This document shows, one piece after another, positions 18,868-28,556 of a DNA stretch of 64,000 bases (position 1 is the stretch's first letter; each line of letters starts with the position of its first letter). Below the pieces are notes generated by a model that ran no database searches, was not told where the DNA came from, and was given only the letters and a program-made list of their open reading frames with translations. The stretch comes from a bacterium (lineage in GTDB: Bacteria; Zhuqueibacterota; Zhuqueibacteria; Residuimicrobiales; Krinioviventaceae), in assembly GCA_963693055.1 (NCBI GenBank), contig OY843751.1, positions 1,972,914 to 2,036,913 on the forward strand, in the 5' to 3' direction. The translations under genes were made by a program, and so were the position numbers.

Positions 18868-20127
18868 TTATTCTCCTTTCTTTTTCTGCCAGTAATTGGC
18901 CAGCATCGACCCGGTGGCATTCATCCAGGGACCCCAGATTGCAGGTGCCAGTGCGGTATTGGCAGAGTTGAGCACCGTCATTGCCAAACCGGATGCCATG
19001 CCGCTGTTTTGCATGCCCACTTCGAACGCAATGGTGCGGCAGATTTGGGTGTCCTGGCGGGCCGCGCGGGCAATCCAGTATCCCAGAATATAGCCCATAA
19101 AATTATGAATTATTGATGTTGCTATCAACAGCATGCCAACGGACATTAGCTTTTCGCTGGACCGTGCGGTGATGATGGCAATAATAAGACAAATACCCAG
19201 CATAGAGATGAACGGCAGAGCCCTGTCCATCCAGTTTGAAGGACTTTTGAGCCAGATACCAATAACCAGTTTGAGCAGGGCAGTGGACGCAATCAGCGCG
19301 AATCCCAAAATTAATCCGCCTTTCAGCGGCAGTATGACTCCAAAGACGGCAGGATTTATAAAGATGCAGATCAATGACAATACAAATCCGGTCAATGCTA
19401 TCAGTGCAAGCGGCAATGCCCGGTTATAGATTTTAGATTTGCTGTACAAGATCTTGTTGGCGATTAATCCTGCAACAATGGGCACGATGATCATATTCAA
19501 AATGGATAACATCATGGCGGTAAAATTAATGGGCACCATTTTGCCGGCAAGGGTTTTCATGAGAAACGGGGTCATAATAGGAGACAATAGCGTTGAAAAG
19601 GATGTCATGGTCACAGAAAGGGCAACATTACCACCGGCAATATATACCATCAGATTCGAGGCTACACCCCCGGGGCAAGAACCTACCAGTACCACACCCG
19701 CGGCAATTTCCGGTTCCAATCCGAACAACAGCGCGATTGATATACCCAACAGCGGCATAATGCTGTATTGCAAAAACAGACCGATAAACACAGGGATTGG
19801 CATTTTAATGACACGGGAGAAGTCTTTAACATTCAGGGTTGTACCCATACCAAACATGATGATCTGGATTAGCGGTACAATCAAGAGTCCCAGGTTGAAT
19901 CCGAACCAGTTCCCAAACAGCCCCGGCCACACCAAGGACGCGATTACGAAGACGAGCACCCAAATGGTAAACGTAAAATTTTTCAACACAGGATGTGATC
20001 TGAAATAAAGACTCATGGATATAAACATAAAGACCAGTGTATAACCCATGTATGCTGTTTGTCCGGTAATCCATAATCCAAGCGATAGTAATAATAAAAA
20101 CGCGGCCACATATCCGAGTTGTTTCAT
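18868..20127 (-). CDS. Bile acid:sodium symporter (BASS/SBF) family transporter
   Basis: The protein is polytopic and carries the BASS-type motif GSCPGGVASNLMVYIAGGNVALSVTMT. Confidence 0.7.
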   Translation of the reverse strand: MKQLGYVAAFLLLLSLGLWITGQTAYMGYTLVFMFISMSLYFRSHPVLKNFTFTIWVLVFVIASLVWPGLFGNWFGFNLGLLIVPLIQIIMFGMGTTLNVKDFSRVIKMPIPVFIGLFLQYSIMPLLGISIALLFGLEPEIAAGVVLVGSCPGGVASNLMVYIAGGNVALSVTMTSFSTLLSPIMTPFLMKTLAGKMVPINFTAMMLSILNMIIVPIVAGLIANKILYSKSKIYNRALPLALIALTGFVLSLICIFINPAVFGVILPLKGGLILGFALIASTALLKLVIGIWLKSPSNWMDRALPFISMLGICLIIAIITARSSEKLMSVGMLLIATSIIHNFMGYILGYWIARAARQDTQICRTIAFEVGMQNSGMASGLAMTVLNSANTALAPAIWGPWMNATGSMLANYWQKKKGE

Positions 20128-20223
20128 ATTATGTCCTGTTTTGAGGGAATATTTGGGTTCATTTTTTTAAAAAAGTATGTAAATAAAATACAATGAAAAA
20201 GGGGGGATTGCAAGCGTAGAATT

Positions 20224-20260
20224 AAAAAAAGCCGCTTTGGAAAAAGTCCTCAAAGCGGCC
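20224..20260 (-). terminator. Rho-independent terminator ending the riboswitch-receptor-propeller operon
   Basis: On the minus strand a GCCGCTTTG...CAAAGCGGC hairpin is followed by TTTTTTT, directly after the stop at 20268. Confidence 0.65.
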
Positions 20261-20267
20261 CGAGTTT

Positions 20268-21653
20268 TTAACGTATCAATGTCATTTTACGTATTGTTTT
20301 GGTGTTACCTGCACACAATTCGTAATAATAGATTCCGCTTGCTACGGGTGATTGGTTTGCATCACAACCGTTCCACTCGATTTGGTAAGAACCAGCGGAT
20401 TGTGTTTGATGTACCAGCGTATTGATTCGTTGTCCCATATTGTTGTATATGGACAATTCTACATTTGATTGCTGCGTAATGGAATAACTGAGGGTGGTTG
20501 TAGGATTAAAAGGATTGGGATAGTTTTGGGCCAATTCAATTGTTGCCGGAATTTGGGATTGTGGATGTATTCCTGTGGGATCACCATCAATGGCTTCCAG
20601 AATTCCCAAGTCTTTGGTACCATTGCCTATTACATCCGATTCCCAGATTATAGTATCCTGTTGAACATCCAGTTTTTGTACATGGCCGTCACCACCCCAT
20701 TCTTTCATATAGGGAACCCAGACCACATCCAGCGAATTATCATAGAATAACCGCTGCAAATTGGGACCAACAAGAATGGGATTTGATGCATCTCGCAATG
20801 CTGTACCTGTATTGGCATCATATGAGCAGATATAACCATTCACACCATCACCCCAGGCTGGGCAATATCCCTTGCCATCTACAGTAATCACCAGATCACC
20901 GGGGGTAAAGGGAGTGGTATGTTCAGCGTCATGCCAGCCAAAATCCACTGTATCCACAGCGGCGGGGGTGTTTTGATTATCACCCGTATGAAGATCAATA
21001 ATCACTACAGAGCCGGCTGTGGTTGCATAATCACCGGTGCAAACCACATTTAATCGTCCATCCGGGGCTATTGCAACATCTTGAGCGTTGACTGGCGTGT
21101 TAACTGTATGGATTACCATATCATTTTCCGCATCGATAATTGAAACAGAGGATTGTTCATAAGGCATTCCCCAGCCCGCGTAACCGGTATTGGTCACAAA
21201 CGCTTGACCGTCTTTGCACAAAATTCCTTCAGGCGCTACACCTACTGCAATATTGCCTGTAACCGTACCCGTTGCAAGGTCAATTACAGAAACCGTGTTG
21301 GCAACATAGTTTGTAACATAGGCTTTATCTGAATCCGGGAACGCGATAGCCCAGGGATTACTACCTTCAGCCAGAGCAATGGTTTGAACAACCTGATTGT
21401 TTTGCTGCGGATCAATGATCATAATATCATCAGTACCGGAATTGACGATATAGATTAAATCATTAAAAACTACCAACTGATTCGGCATTTGTCCGGTTGT
21501 CACAATATTAGACTGGATACTCCAATCATCCATTGACATGGATGATACCGTTTCAGCGGATTCGTTCAGCGTATAAAGTGTTCTAGGAATGCCTGCAAAT
21601 GCACATGTGTATAAAAGCAGAATCATAAACAACAGACATCTTTTGGGGTACAT
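20268..21653 (-). CDS. YVTN-type beta-propeller surface protein with a T9SS C-terminal sorting domain (BtuG-like by context)
   Basis: It contains YVTNYVANTVSVIDLATGTVTGNIAVGVAPEGI repeats. The C-terminus is YPNPFNPTTTLSYSI...GIYYYEL. It is co-oriented 20 nt downstream of the riboswitch-controlled receptor. Confidence 0.6.
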   Translation of the reverse strand: MYPKRCLLFMILLLYTCAFAGIPRTLYTLNESAETVSSMSMDDWSIQSNIVTTGQMPNQLVVFNDLIYIVNSGTDDIMIIDPQQNNQVVQTIALAEGSNPWAIAFPDSDKAYVTNYVANTVSVIDLATGTVTGNIAVGVAPEGILCKDGQAFVTNTGYAGWGMPYEQSSVSIIDAENDMVIHTVNTPVNAQDVAIAPDGRLNVVCTGDYATTAGSVVIIDLHTGDNQNTPAAVDTVDFGWHDAEHTTPFTPGDLVITVDGKGYCPAWGDGVNGYICSYDANTGTALRDASNPILVGPNLQRLFYDNSLDVVWVPYMKEWGGDGHVQKLDVQQDTIIWESDVIGNGTKDLGILEAIDGDPTGIHPQSQIPATIELAQNYPNPFNPTTTLSYSITQQSNVELSIYNNMGQRINTLVHQTQSAGSYQIEWNGCDANQSPVASGIYYYELCAGNTKTIRKMTLIR

Positions 21654-21672
21654 GTTCCCTCCTTTTAAGAGA

Positions 21673-23955
21673 TTAATAGTTCACTACCAGACCCAATCGC
21701 CACTCTCGTCCGGTCATTGGCATGTCCCGAATGGTTTCATAACAGCTATTGGATATATTATAAATTGAAAATTTGAGAATCAGTGTTGTTTTTAAAATAT
21801 CTTGTGTAATTGAGCCATTGAGGTCCCATACCTCATAAGGATCCAACCAACGGGTATTGGCATCATTCACAAATCGCTTACCCACTTGACGAAAATTGAG
21901 CCCCAGATCTATATTGTAAAAATGTCCGGTAATTGTGCCTTTAAATGTTTTTTGAGGCCGATAGGGAATGATCTTGTTGCGGGTGGTTTGGTTATCACTT
22001 TTATTGAGAGGGTCCAGCTCTGAATAGCTGACATTCAAATGAAACCAATCATTGGGCGTATTCATTGAGACCAGATATTCTGTGCCAGAGATTTCCGCGT
22101 GCGTGTTGTACGGACTGAATACTTCAAAGCTTCCCAGACGCCATACAATCAGATTGTCGATTTGGTTTTTAAATGTACTGAATTCCATTCTTAATGTGAA
22201 AGGATTGAAAAATTCCAAACCTGCACCTGTTTCGGTTTGAATGCTTTTTTCAGGGAGCAGGTCAGGATTTCCGTCAATGCGAACGTCCTGGTAAAACAGG
22301 TCCGCAAAAGTGGGCACCCGAAACGTGTGTGCATAACCGGATTTGATGTAAATGCGTTTTTCATTTCCCGCAGAAATGCGGCTATTTATTGCTGGTCCCC
22401 AATGTTCATCAATTCGTTCATCATCATAACCCGAACTTTTACTGTGTCGGGTATCATAACGTAGGGAAGGAGAGATGCTCCATTTTATCTGCTTACGGAT
22501 TGGAATATTGATTTGTGGATTTATATAAAATCCATGAGCGGTTTCATTCGCCTGTTGTTTTGTGGGATTCAATACCGTCATCAGGTTTTCATTGTCGTAT
22601 TGCTGTTTTCTAAAAGTATGCCCTGTTGTAAAATCGAGCCAGGAGTAGGGATTTGTGTTGAATTCGCTGTTGACAATAGTTTGATCAAGGGTGTATTGAT
22701 AATGATATTGCGGATAGCGTTTGTATTTCAACTCTACATCATCCGGATATAGATTGTGGTTCTCGGTAACGGTTTCCATATATCTCGGTTGTATTTTGAG
22801 ATTAAAGTGCTGGTGGTTTAATTGATAATCCAGTCCCCAGCCGGTTTGATTGTATTGAATTCTTGCATAGGGAGTCCAGCCGTCAATTTTACCGGGTATG
22901 CCCCGATCAGAATCCATATTTTGGAATTGTAGTGCCAGATTGTGGTTTTTTATCTGATAGCCGGTACGCAGAAACAGATTCTGAGTTTGAATGTCTGCAT
23001 TCATCCGGTCTTCATGGATGGTTTGATTATCCGAATTTTTATATTCATAAGGATAATTTCCATCGCTGACATTGTATTGATATGTGGCGATATAGTTCCA
23101 GTTTTTGATTCGACCTGAAACCGAAGGCGAGATGCTGTTGTATCCCCAGGCACCGGTGCGGTATTCCAGGTGCAGGTTATTTTTAATGTTTTTACGGGTG
23201 ATAATGTTTACAGCACCGGCGAGCGCACCAGTACCAAATCGGCTGGCGCTTGTACCCTTGTGGATCTCTATTTTTTCAATCATGTTGACCGGGACCACAG
23301 ATAAATCGGCATCCCCACTGGATTGATTGTTCAGGGGGACCCCATCCAGCAATACCAATACCTGGTTGCTCTGGCTGCCGCGTATGGATATTTTTTTTGC
23401 TCCGCTGCCGCTTTCGTCTGTTATTTCAATTCCGGGTACCTGTGCAATTAACTCGGCGGCATTTTCAGCAGTTTTATTTGTCGTTTCATCTATTCGGATC
23501 GACCAGACATCAATACCCGGTGAGTCGGTCCATTTTTCAGCATTAATATTTACATCCGGCATGGTTAGAATACGGGGCACTAGCCGGATGTCTATTTGTA
23601 TGGCTTGATCTTTTAATACATGTAAATCATAACGGGTTTGTTTTTCATAGGCGATATGTTCAAATGACAGAGAATAGGTACCTTCAAGCAGGTTCTTGAT
23701 CTTAAAATGTCCCTGCCGGTTTGTAATGGTGCCGGTCCCGCTGTTTTGAATAGATATATTAACCCCTTGAACGGGCATGCCCGTTTTTATATCGGTTACT
23801 GTACCCTGTATCTTGATGTCTGATTGGGAATAGAGATGTGTAGAAAATAACAATATCGCAGCAATACTTGCGAGAATTGTTATTTTTGAGAAAAGTAATT
23901 TGAACAAGCAGAATACACCTTTGTGTATCCTGTTTGTGGGATTCACGGATTCCAA
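21673..23955 (-). CDS. btuB: TonB-dependent receptor with an N-terminal carboxypeptidase-regulatory-like domain, cobalamin-riboswitch controlled
   Basis: It has a CarboxypepD_reg-like IKIQGTVTD...GVNISI segment, a plug (ISIRGS, VLVLLDGVPLN), and a barrel ending in LVVNY. The start is uncertain: TTG at 23955 or GTG at 23946. The symbol is inferred from the riboswitch context. Confidence 0.8.
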   Translation of the reverse strand: MESVNPTNRIHKGVFCLFKLLFSKITILASIAAILLFSTHLYSQSDIKIQGTVTDIKTGMPVQGVNISIQNSGTGTITNRQGHFKIKNLLEGTYSLSFEHIAYEKQTRYDLHVLKDQAIQIDIRLVPRILTMPDVNINAEKWTDSPGIDVWSIRIDETTNKTAENAAELIAQVPGIEITDESGSGAKKISIRGSQSNQVLVLLDGVPLNNQSSGDADLSVVPVNMIEKIEIHKGTSASRFGTGALAGAVNIITRKNIKNNLHLEYRTGAWGYNSISPSVSGRIKNWNYIATYQYNVSDGNYPYEYKNSDNQTIHEDRMNADIQTQNLFLRTGYQIKNHNLALQFQNMDSDRGIPGKIDGWTPYARIQYNQTGWGLDYQLNHQHFNLKIQPRYMETVTENHNLYPDDVELKYKRYPQYHYQYTLDQTIVNSEFNTNPYSWLDFTTGHTFRKQQYDNENLMTVLNPTKQQANETAHGFYINPQINIPIRKQIKWSISPSLRYDTRHSKSSGYDDERIDEHWGPAINSRISAGNEKRIYIKSGYAHTFRVPTFADLFYQDVRIDGNPDLLPEKSIQTETGAGLEFFNPFTLRMEFSTFKNQIDNLIVWRLGSFEVFSPYNTHAEISGTEYLVSMNTPNDWFHLNVSYSELDPLNKSDNQTTRNKIIPYRPQKTFKGTITGHFYNIDLGLNFRQVGKRFVNDANTRWLDPYEVWDLNGSITQDILKTTLILKFSIYNISNSCYETIRDMPMTGREWRLGLVVNY

Positions 23956-23984
23956 ACCTCACCCTCGAAGGTTGAAAATGAAAG

Positions 23985-24210
23985 CAGAAAGGCTGTACTG
24001 CAAAATGGATTAGATGATGGCCTTTCCGACGGCAGGTCTCCTGGCTTGGATTTTATGCCTACTCACCGCACCTTCCCACCTTATGCTTTCAGGCAGTGGC
24101 TGGGTCTAAAGACCGATTGCGGCTTTGGTTATCCTTACAGTAGCGGGGCTGCAACGGATTTGCACCGTTTTCCCTATTATCCCTTTCGGGCACCGTTATG
24201 TCTGTTTAAT
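23985..24210 (-). promoter_or_regulatory. Cobalamin (B12) riboswitch
   Basis: The reverse complement reads CGGTGCCCGAAAGGGATAATAGGGAAAACGGTGCAAATCCGTTGCAGCCCCGCTACTGTAA...CCACTG...GGTGGGAAGGTG. The B12 box AGCCAGGAGACCTGCC is the reverse complement of 24031-24046. The element lies directly 5' of the receptor gene. Confidence 0.9.
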
Positions 24211-24341
24211 GTAATTATTTTTTTCGAGAATGCAAATGTTTTTAAATTGGGATAATCGCAGAAATTGTTTGATAAAGTTATTATTTTTATTATCTTGAAT
24301 ATTCTTATATTAATTCAACTAAAATAGTCTTTTGGGAAAAT

Positions 24342-24527
24342 ATGGAAAAAGAAAACCGGATTACACCCGAATCGATAATACCTCAGGTTGAGAACCGTTC
24401 ATTTGAAACATTTGAATCCTTTTATGATAGTATCCCTTATGAGGGTTCTTTGGGTATTCTTGCTTTAGGTGCAATGGGGGTGATGGCCTGGCGAAAAAAA
24501 CGCGCGGATATAGATAAAAAAGATTGA
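24342..24527 (+). CDS. Small (61 aa) single-pass membrane-anchored protein with an acidic Tyr-containing N-terminal region
   Basis: Its stop lies 11 nt before the ATG of the next gene. The C-terminal GILALGAMGVMAW is followed by RKKR. The N-terminal part contains ESFYDSIPYEGS. Confidence 0.5.
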   Translation: MEKENRITPESIIPQVENRSFETFESFYDSIPYEGSLGILALGAMGVMAWRKKRADIDKKD

Positions 24528-24538
24528 GAGGCCAGTTG

Positions 24539-26548
24539 ATGGGAAAACGACTAGCTAAAAAAGTATTGCTGATTGGATGGGACGCCGCGGATTGGAAGAT
24601 TATCAATCCATTGTTAGATAACGGGCAAATGCCAGCCTTGGAAAGTCTTGTAAATAATGGCGTAATGGGCAATATTGCCACCCTGGACCCACCCATGTCG
24701 CCTATGCTTTGGACATCCATTGCAACCGGCAAGCATGCGGACAAGCATGGCATATTGAATTTTACTGAACCCTCACCCCAATCTGCCGGTATACGACCGG
24801 TTTCAGTATCCTCACGTAAAGTTAAAGCTATTTGGAATATTCTAACTCAGGAAAACTATAAAACCCATGTGGTTGGCTGGTGGCCCAGTCATCCTGCGGA
24901 ACCGATAAATGGGACCTGTATATCCAACTTTTATCAACGCGCGCATGCCCCCATTGACAAGCCCTGGCCCATGAGACCCGGTACCGTTTATCCTAAAAGT
25001 AGGGAAAAGCTGTTTGATCAACTGCGCGTACATCCGCAGGAGCTCACGGAGGCACATATTCTTCCATTTGTACCGGATGCCGCAAAAATTGATCAGGAAA
25101 AAGACAAGCGCCTAGAGTCTCTTGCTAAAATTATTGCGGATTGTTCAAGCATCCATTCAGCGGCAACGTGGATGTTGGAGAACGAAGAATGGGATTTTAT
25201 GGCAGTCTATTATGACGCCATTGACCATTTTTGTCATGGCTTTATGAATTTTCATCCCCCACGTATGCCGAATGTTCCTGAGGAGTTGTTTGAGCTTTAC
25301 AAAGGTGTTGTTACGGGTGGATATCTTTTTCATGACATGATGTTATCGCGTCTGTTACAGCTTGCCGGAGATGATGTGACGGTAATACTGGTTTCCGACC
25401 ACGGCTTTCACTCGGACCATCTACGTCCATTGTCTATCCCCAAAGAGCCGGCGGGGCCGGCATGGCAACACCGTTCTTATGGTGTTGTATGTATGAAAGG
25501 ACCGCATATTCAGAAGGATGAAAGAATTTACGGCGCCAATCTGCTTGACATTACCCCAACACTTTTGACACTGTATGGCCTACCTATTGGGAAAGATATG
25601 GATGGCAAACCGCTGGTACAATCTTTTGACAAGCCTGTTGAACCCGAATACATTCCATCCTGGGAAGAGGTCAAAGGTGAATGCGGAATGCTGCCTGAAA
25701 ATGTACAGCAAGACCCCTATGCGGAACAGGAAGCCATGGAACAGCTTATTGCCCTGGGTTATGTTGAAAAGCCAGGAGATGATCAGCAAAAAGCCATTGA
25801 GCAGACATTGAACGAGTCCCAGTTTTATCTTGCAAGGGTATACATGAATAAAAATATGTATCATGACGCCTTGCCGATTCTGGAAAAATTGTATGAAAAT
25901 CATTCAGATCAAACACGCTTTGCTTTTCATTTGGCTAAATGTTACCAGGTGCTTGGCCGGAATATCAGTGCGCGTAAGGTAGTGGAAAAAGTAATTGCCG
26001 ATAATGATAAATACAGTCCGCAGTTTGATTTGTTATTGGGCTCTTTAGCCTTGGCTGATAAAGATTACCAATCTGCGCTTGAATTTTTGTTAAAAGCAGA
26101 AAAAACTCAGCCTCGCCTGCCTGTGCTGCATCAGCAGATCGGGCAGACCTATCTGAAAATGGGCAAGATTGAAGATGCTGAGCGCGCATACACGAAAGCG
26201 CTGGAGATTGATCCTGACAGTCATATTGCCAATGATGGTATGGCCATGGTCTATCTGCGTCAACGTCGTAACGAAGACGCTGCGTCATTTGCATTGAATG
26301 CCATTGGTTTAATCTATCATTATCCTATTGCACATTATCACCTGGGGCTGGCATTGACGCGTCTGGAAATGTATGAACGCGCGGCAGAAGCATTTGAGGT
26401 CAGTGCTGTGATTGTACCAGGGTTTAAAAGTGCCCATAGAATGCTGAAATACCTGTATCAGCGTAAACTGAATATGAGCGACAAGGCGGCAAAACACCAG
26501 GTAATTCTTGATGAGATCAATGCAAAACAGGCGGAGAAATTTTTATGA
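24539..26548 (+). CDS. Alkaline-phosphatase-superfamily (type I phosphodiesterase/nucleotide pyrophosphatase-like) protein with C-terminal TPR repeats
   Basis: The N-terminal VLLIGWDAADW...MSPMLWTSIATGKHADKHGI and VSDHGFHSDH are AlkP/NPP-like. The C-terminal roughly 250 aa consist of TPR-like helices. The ATG at 24539 follows GAGAGG. Confidence 0.6.
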   Translation: MGKRLAKKVLLIGWDAADWKIINPLLDNGQMPALESLVNNGVMGNIATLDPPMSPMLWTSIATGKHADKHGILNFTEPSPQSAGIRPVSVSSRKVKAIWNILTQENYKTHVVGWWPSHPAEPINGTCISNFYQRAHAPIDKPWPMRPGTVYPKSREKLFDQLRVHPQELTEAHILPFVPDAAKIDQEKDKRLESLAKIIADCSSIHSAATWMLENEEWDFMAVYYDAIDHFCHGFMNFHPPRMPNVPEELFELYKGVVTGGYLFHDMMLSRLLQLAGDDVTVILVSDHGFHSDHLRPLSIPKEPAGPAWQHRSYGVVCMKGPHIQKDERIYGANLLDITPTLLTLYGLPIGKDMDGKPLVQSFDKPVEPEYIPSWEEVKGECGMLPENVQQDPYAEQEAMEQLIALGYVEKPGDDQQKAIEQTLNESQFYLARVYMNKNMYHDALPILEKLYENHSDQTRFAFHLAKCYQVLGRNISARKVVEKVIADNDKYSPQFDLLLGSLALADKDYQSALEFLLKAEKTQPRLPVLHQQIGQTYLKMGKIEDAERAYTKALEIDPDSHIANDGMAMVYLRQRRNEDAASFALNAIGLIYHYPIAHYHLGLALTRLEMYERAAEAFEVSAVIVPGFKSAHRMLKYLYQRKLNMSDKAAKHQVILDEINAKQAEKFL

Positions 26549-27105
26549 TAACGATTGTTTCAGGTTTGCCGCGCTCAGGTACTTCGTTGATGATGCAAAT
26601 GCTTGAAAAAGGGGGGATGGACGTTTTAACCGATGGAAAGCGCAAGGCAGATGAGAATAATCAGCGGGGATACTATGAATATGAAAAAGTAAAAAGTCTT
26701 CGTACAAACAATGAATGGCTAAAGAATACTGATGGGAAGGCGATTAAGATTATTGCCCAGTTGCTTCCGTATGTACCCCCAAAAGTGGAATTCAAAGTTA
26801 TTTATATGGTGCGACCCATTGAAGAGGTGATTCAGTCCCAACGGAAAATGATCAAAAATCTTGGTAATCAAGGCGCAAGCCTGAGTGATGAAGATTTGAC
26901 CAAGGTTTTTTCAGTACAAACCAACCGTGTGCAAACCTGGTTAGCTATGAACAAGGTTGATTGTTTGTTTATGTTTTTCCCGGAAATTCTACATAATCCA
27001 CTTGAAAAGGCCAATGAGGTTAGTACTTTTCTGGGTACTGAATTGAATACGGATTTGATGGCCACAGTTGTGGATAAAAGCTTGTGGCATGAAAAAATAG
27101 TATAA
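26545..27105 (+). CDS. Sulfotransferase-family protein
   Basis: It carries a 5'-PSB-like motif (GLPRSGTS) and a 3'-PB-like motif (YMVRPIEEVIQS). Its start overlaps the upstream stop as ATGA. Confidence 0.65.
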   Translation: MITIVSGLPRSGTSLMMQMLEKGGMDVLTDGKRKADENNQRGYYEYEKVKSLRTNNEWLKNTDGKAIKIIAQLLPYVPPKVEFKVIYMVRPIEEVIQSQRKMIKNLGNQGASLSDEDLTKVFSVQTNRVQTWLAMNKVDCLFMFFPEILHNPLEKANEVSTFLGTELNTDLMATVVDKSLWHEKIV

Positions 27106-27245
27106 ATGTATCATGTGCCCATATTTTCTTAATCGATTAATAAGAAAATACTAAAAATTCACGTGCAAGACTTGATTTATTTAATTAAAATCAATATCAT
27201 TTTATTTCCAATTTGAATAATTTTTTCGATATCGGAGGCAGATAT

Positions 27246-28388
27246 ATGAAAACGCAGTTAGACAAGCGTATTGCAGGGTATTCTGCATTGGCAGCAGCCA
27301 TGTTAACCGGGGCTCAGGGAAAAGCTGAAATAATAAAATATTCTTCAGGAGCTGTCATTAACTCTAATGGTCAAAGTGTAAATTTGGATTTTGACAAAAT
27401 TGATGGTGACGATTTGAATTTATTCCTTTTTTCCAGTACTTTTGCAAAATCTTTTCAAGTAAAAAATTTAGATAATGATTCCGGTGGTGCTTTTTTAGCT
27501 GCAACATTCGGAATCTATGTAAATGCATTTGCTTTGAATCAGAGTAGCAGTATTGGTACAGATAATGCAAATTGGATTGCAGGAAGAAACGGGATAGGTT
27601 TTTTGTGCTACAGCTCTACGGGGTACTGGAACAATCAAAGCAATAAATATTTGGGTGTCAGGTTTGATATAAGCGGGCAAACACATTATGGTTGGGTGAA
27701 AATGTCTTGTGACGGTACGTCTTTGACTATTCATGAATATGCTTATGAAAATACCCCCAATACAGGTTTTGATGGGCCTCTACCGGTTGAATTGTCCCTT
27801 TTTACAGCAAAATCTGTCAATGGTGCAATAAACCTGAGCTGGACCACCCAAAACGAGATCGATAACCTGGGCTTTATACTTGAACGCCGATTAAATGATG
27901 ATACTGAATGGGAAACCATTGCCAGTTACAAAACCCACTCGGAACTAGCCGGGCAGGGTAACAAGAATACACCTACGGATTACCATTATGCTGATAGCAA
28001 TGTCTTTATCGGCAACACTTATGTTTATCGTTTGTCGGATTTGGATGTCAAGGGTGAAATTCATTCCAAACGAGAGATACAGGTAGAGGCAACCGATGCG
28101 GTTGTTCCAGAATCAACCGAGCTGCTTTCCGCGTATCCCAATCCTTTTAATCCCGGTACCAAGGTACAGTATCAACTCGAGTCAGATGCGGAGGTAATGC
28201 TGAGCGTTGTTGATATAACCGGCCGTACAATCCGCACAATCGTTAATGATAAACAACAGGCGGGTCGTTATGAGTTTGCCTGGGATGGTAATGACCAGTC
28301 CGGCAATTCATCCCCCAGCGGAGTTTACCTACTTTTTCTAAAAGCCGGCAATCTCACCAAAACTCAAAAAGTGACACGTCTGCGATAA
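27246..28388 (+). CDS. Secreted protein with a T9SS C-terminal sorting domain, tandem paralog 1
   Basis: A GGAGG SD precedes the ATG at 27246. The N-terminus QLDKRIAGYSALAAAMLTGAQGKAEI and the HYGWVKMSCDGTSLTIHEYAYE domain are shared with the next gene. The C-terminus is YPNPFNPGT...VYLLFLKAG. Confidence 0.65.
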   Translation: MKTQLDKRIAGYSALAAAMLTGAQGKAEIIKYSSGAVINSNGQSVNLDFDKIDGDDLNLFLFSSTFAKSFQVKNLDNDSGGAFLAATFGIYVNAFALNQSSSIGTDNANWIAGRNGIGFLCYSSTGYWNNQSNKYLGVRFDISGQTHYGWVKMSCDGTSLTIHEYAYENTPNTGFDGPLPVELSLFTAKSVNGAINLSWTTQNEIDNLGFILERRLNDDTEWETIASYKTHSELAGQGNKNTPTDYHYADSNVFIGNTYVYRLSDLDVKGEIHSKREIQVEATDAVVPESTELLSAYPNPFNPGTKVQYQLESDAEVMLSVVDITGRTIRTIVNDKQQAGRYEFAWDGNDQSGNSSPSGVYLLFLKAGNLTKTQKVTRLR

Positions 28389-28556
28389 TACATTCTGCAA
28401 ATATATGACATGACCGGGACTAAAAGTCCTGGTCAGGGTCTATTTCTTTTGCCTTTAATGTTGTGAATTTTATTCAATAAATCCCTTGCATTATAATGGA
28501 ATAATTAATATAATATTAAATTCATATGTATTTCCAAATTTCAAGGAGGGAGTTGG

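Noticed and set aside
24500-24527. The C-terminus of the 61-aa protein as a bona fide PEP-CTERM or exosortase sorting signal.
   Set aside because: Only the general shape matches (a short motif, a TM helix and a basic cluster). The PEP motif itself is absent (it reads P-Y-E-G) and no exosortase gene is in the window. I kept it only as a side remark in the sulfotransferase finding.
27055-27075. A DnaA-box-like TGTGGATAA that might hint at a replication origin.
   Set aside because: It is a single occurrence inside the sulfotransferase coding sequence. There is no cluster of boxes, no AT-rich unwinding element context, and no dnaA or dnaN nearby.
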